64,000 nt of DNA, taken from the NCBI GenBank assembly GCA_045837725.1, contig JBEWZL010000202.1, positions 434,001 through 498,000 on the forward strand, given 5' to 3'. How positions within the stretch are numbered: position 1 is the first letter of the stretch; every line of letters begins with the position of its first letter. This stretch comes from Vermamoeba vermiformis. Lineage: Eukaryota. The position numbers and the translations under genes were made by a program. The notes under the pieces are model-generated. The model saw only the letters and a program-made list of their open reading frames with translations. It ran no database searches and had not been told where the DNA came from. This document shows positions 60,314 through 64,000 of this stretch, one piece after another.

Positions 60314-62816
60314 TTATTTTTGAATCTTGTGTTGCAATTCAACAGACAACGCAAGTCCGTTCAACACAACGCCATCAAACTGTACGATATTCTTCGCTGT
60401 TAATTCGTTTGTAGTTTGCAACACAATCTGTCGAGCAGTGTGCTTGAGGATCTGAACTTCAGGCAGTCGTTTGATGTCTTTGTTGAGCAGATCCGTCATC
60501 AGCGAAGGAGGACCAATCAGCACGAGCTTTGTTGGCATTGTGAGTGGTACTCGAACGTCAGATTCTTCAGTTGGCTTGAAGACAGCGTCCTTATTCAGAT
60601 TAGATAGTATAATAGTCTTCAGTTTGTTATGTAACAGTGCGTCTTCATTACGAACTGTCTCTTCAAAATACTTCGAGTTACGCAACGCACGATGAAATTG
60701 AGTGCCCTCGAACAAGTTCTCCTAAACAATGATTAGAACAGCTATAATAATATGACTATGGTACGTACCAGCTTGATTTGATTGAACTCGAATGCGTTGT
60801 TCAAGAGTGCGTTGAAGAGCAGCACTTGTTGAAAGCACAAGTAGAACATGGAGCTCATATGCAGACCTCGTGCTGTCGGTAGAGTCACGTGCTTGCGCTC
60901 GTTGTTGTTGCTCCCTTCAGTGTCACGTGACACGCTGACCAAGTGTCGCAATAACACGTCAAACTCGCGTTCAGTGAATGCTTTGATGTACTCGCTTGAC
61001 TTGATGTCCTCGCGACTCGTGCTCATCGAGCTGCTGCTGTCACTGCTGTTCAAGTTGTTGTTGCTGTTGTTCTCGGCGTTGTTATTCTTCGCCTCGTCGT
61101 GCACGTGTGTCCAATGAATTTGGACTTCGAGCAAGTAGCGCAAAGACACGACTGACAGGAACAACTGCGGTGGAATTTCATCGTGTAAAGTGATTATCTC
61201 TGCCGTGAACGTCGTTGTCATATCTAATAGTGCTTCTAGCTTTGCTTGTCGACTCATATTTTGCGTGAAATACTCGCTGAAGTGTGACACTTGTTGCGTG
61301 CCGCTCATCAATGACACGTTCGATTTGACCTGAATAGGACGTCAATACTTAATGTGACTGCCACCTATGATATGTTGTTATGAGTATTACCTTTTTAGGC
61401 TTATGTCCAGTCCCTCTCTCGATAACGATTGCATCAGATCCAAACATCATGCCGTACATTCTTTTTCTTAAGGGTAGTATTACTCGCCATATATCAACAT
61501 CAGTTTTCATCATCGGTACAATTGACAGCCAGTTCTCTTTTTGCAACAGTATGCCTAATAAAGGAACCATGAATTCGCCGGACAAAAATCGACCCTCGAT
61601 CTCCTTCGGACACTTGTCAATGCTGCTAACATCGACTTTCTCGTTCTCCTCGCACTCTAATCGGAACTTTGATACGGCGCGTAAGAAATTTTCGTACGGA
61701 GTCTTTCCGAGGTATTTTAACAGATCGTCTTCGGAGTACTGATTTTGAACGTATTGTATGACTTTCTTAATTGTGTCAAATGAATCTAAATATGACATTT
61801 TTAACTAAGTCCTCGGTCTTAGTTAATTAACATATGACTTACTCTTTTTTAATATCTTCAAGTAGCTGTAAAAGTTGTTCAAGTGCTTCTCTTCCACGTA
61901 ATCGTTGTCCATTAATCCAGCAAATAACGCCAATTTGTCCTCGCTAACATTCAGCGCTATATTTAAATATGCTATTAGGTGATATATATGATATGACGGT
62001 AATTATTGGGTACCTTGAACGACTTTTTGTTTCGTGTAAAGTTGACACACGATGCCAACGCGAGTTTGTTGGTTGTCAGTTGGAAACGAAACAGTGTTCA
62101 ACATGATAAAATCGACTCCCATAATAAAATAATCCGAGTCATTGGCCATCACCGCGAAATGATTGTTGGTCTTGCAGTACTTGGCAATGAACTGATCGGC
62201 CTCACCTACATATGGTTAAATACAACTTCAACAAACTAGTAGAAGTTACCTTGCACGGTCATATGTCTAATAGTAAGCTCGTTGAGGATTTGAATTAGAA
62301 GCAAGCGGTAAATCATCGTTGAAGTTGAGTCCGGATCTCGAGGAACATTATTGGAAGATACAAGCTCTGATCATCATTAGACTAATTATAATAATTAATA
62401 TAAGCTTACTTAAAGCCTCCTTTATCAAATCCCAGCGATCTGCTCTTCTCTGCGTGCGAGTCGAATTTTTGATTGGCTCGAAAACAATCCATCAAATACA
62501 ACAATCAGTTCGATTTCTTGTTGCAAAAACGGTCTTAAAAATGATCTGGTGCTCTCTGCAAATGTTTTAAAGCTCATAGGATGGAGCGAGGTCTGTAAAT
62601 AATAACGTCAGATCCAAAAATTATTTAAAAATCAACAAAATTATTGCTTACTATTTCCTTCTTCTTTATAAAGTGTAGTAATGATAGGCCATCCACTACA
62701 ATAGTTAATCGATCATTTGGATTATTTTGACGCCGAACTACATTCTGCTCGCACAAATCTACCACAATGTAGGCGCCGCAGCGTTGAAGATATGACGTGA
62801 GACCCTTTACACCCAT
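60314..62816 (-). CDS. Asteroid/FAM120-like PIN (XPG-N) domain protein
   Basis: MGVKGLTSYL...IVVDGLSLLH, GEADQ, ANDSDY and ALFAGLMDNDY. Confidence 0.8.
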
Positions 62817-63250
62817 CCCAAACAATAATGGGGATTATTGTGGTCACAGGCGCCATAATTCTTGAAAGAAGAACAAAAATGTCAAGGGTTTTTGGCCTTT
62901 CCTTTGACCACTAATGATTTGCCACAACCAAAGCGTCTCGACTATTAATTAATACTTATCTGCAGCGCCAACTTACCGTACCTTAAGACAAAATTCGATT
63001 CTCAGCTCTACCTACATCAGTTCCGCTTAAGTACGCGCGCAAACTAGTCCTGGGGCTCGTACGTGAGAAAGGTTGCATCGGATAACAACACAACGCTTGT
63101 GTGACCTTAAGGTTCGTCTTGCAATTCCATTGGTTCTCATTGTTGCATAGATTGTAAAGCCAAATTTGCAGCTTTTGGCGTGCCCTTTTTTTTTTGTACG
63201 GACTTCATTTACCATTCAAACGCAACACAAACACCACACGTCTATCAATA

Positions 63251-63925
63251 ATGGCAAACACTCCTAAACTCTACCTACACTACTCGTCTTTTTCGACTTT
63301 TGTGCCAGTGGAAAAAGAAGAGTTCGCATCCAAGAAGTTCGCCGAGCCTGCAGTGCAACGAATATTAACAGAAAGCACGAAAAAAGCACTTAAAAATACT
63401 TGCGGTGTCGAATTGAAGCCTGACGAGACTCTAGTGTTCGAAGTAATGGGGGTTCCACCCCAGATGCAAGCAAAACTTAAAGTCTCGGACATAACGACAC
63501 CAAAGTTCGGGATTCTGGTCTCATGCAAGAAGCAAGAGCGACACGAGTGTCCTATAATTACGTCGTTGAAGCACCATCAGGTACAAAATGCGGAGCTGAT
63601 GAGCGAATCTCTTATACGTGAAGAAGGTAAGCCTTATTCCGTTTGAAGAACTAAACTAAAATAATCCTACAGAATTGAACGCAAAACCAAAAAAAGCAGG
63701 TAAGTGCCGGTTTCTGGCTTTTGCTGCTTCCGAATCTGACAAAATTGTTTTTCAGAATTGCCTGCCGAAGCTATGGACAACAGATCAATCTTGGCCCTTG
63801 TTCACGACCTGGACACTAAATATACCACGCTCAAGGCCGATCACGAGGCACTCAAGGCCAACCACGAGGCACTCAAGCAGAGAGTTTCTGATTTGGAGAA
63901 ATGTGCACTGGCAAATCATAGTTGA
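63251..63925 (+). CDS. Hypothetical protein with C-terminal coiled coil (21-nt tandem repeat at 63830-63877)
   Basis: Exons joined by GT-AG introns; LKADHEALKANHEALK heptads. Confidence 0.55.
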
Positions 63926-64000
63926 AGTGGATTCGCAGCCTGGTTGCTTGTCAAAATTAATGAACAAAACCTTTCTTCTTCTTTTGCATCGCTCATAGTT

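Noticed and set aside
4680-62620. Frequent GGATCC/AGATCT words in introns and spacers
   Set aside because: This is an impression only. It cannot be separated from background without a k-mer count.
1-64000. CRISPR arrays, transposases, U12-type introns
   Set aside because: I saw no repeat-spacer array, no transposase or RT motifs and no RTATCCTT donors by eye.

Overview
Gene-dense, intron-rich eukaryotic DNA of roughly 40% GC. It has short spliceosomal introns with CTRAY branch points, and the gene content suggests an amoebozoan-like protist (inference). About 25 spliced protein-coding genes are present, including prolidase, a large Cys-rich multi-TM receptor, CORO7, RPL6, ACL4, MED31, RCL1, a 2OG-Fe(II) oxygenase, kelch, F-box/LRR, a Zn2Cys6 factor, LACTB, an NDR-family kinase, TTI1, a TPR protein and an asteroid-like PIN protein. 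CDS coordinates are start-to-stop spans that include introns. Main results: (1) every RNA gene I found lies inside an intron, on the host gene's strand. These are tRNA-Ile, an atypical CAT tRNA and 5S rRNA in one prolidase intron, tRNA-Thr, a candidate H/ACA snoRNA, and a divergent but structurally compensated U2 snRNA with a DUSE-like element at -63. (2) The 12-bp palindrome TGACACGTGTCA occurs 7 times, mostly in introns near gene 3' ends. (3) About 4 kb (517-4547) of low-quality-looking sequence splits prolidase exon 2 and contains a frameshifted viral tail-fibre-like fragment.
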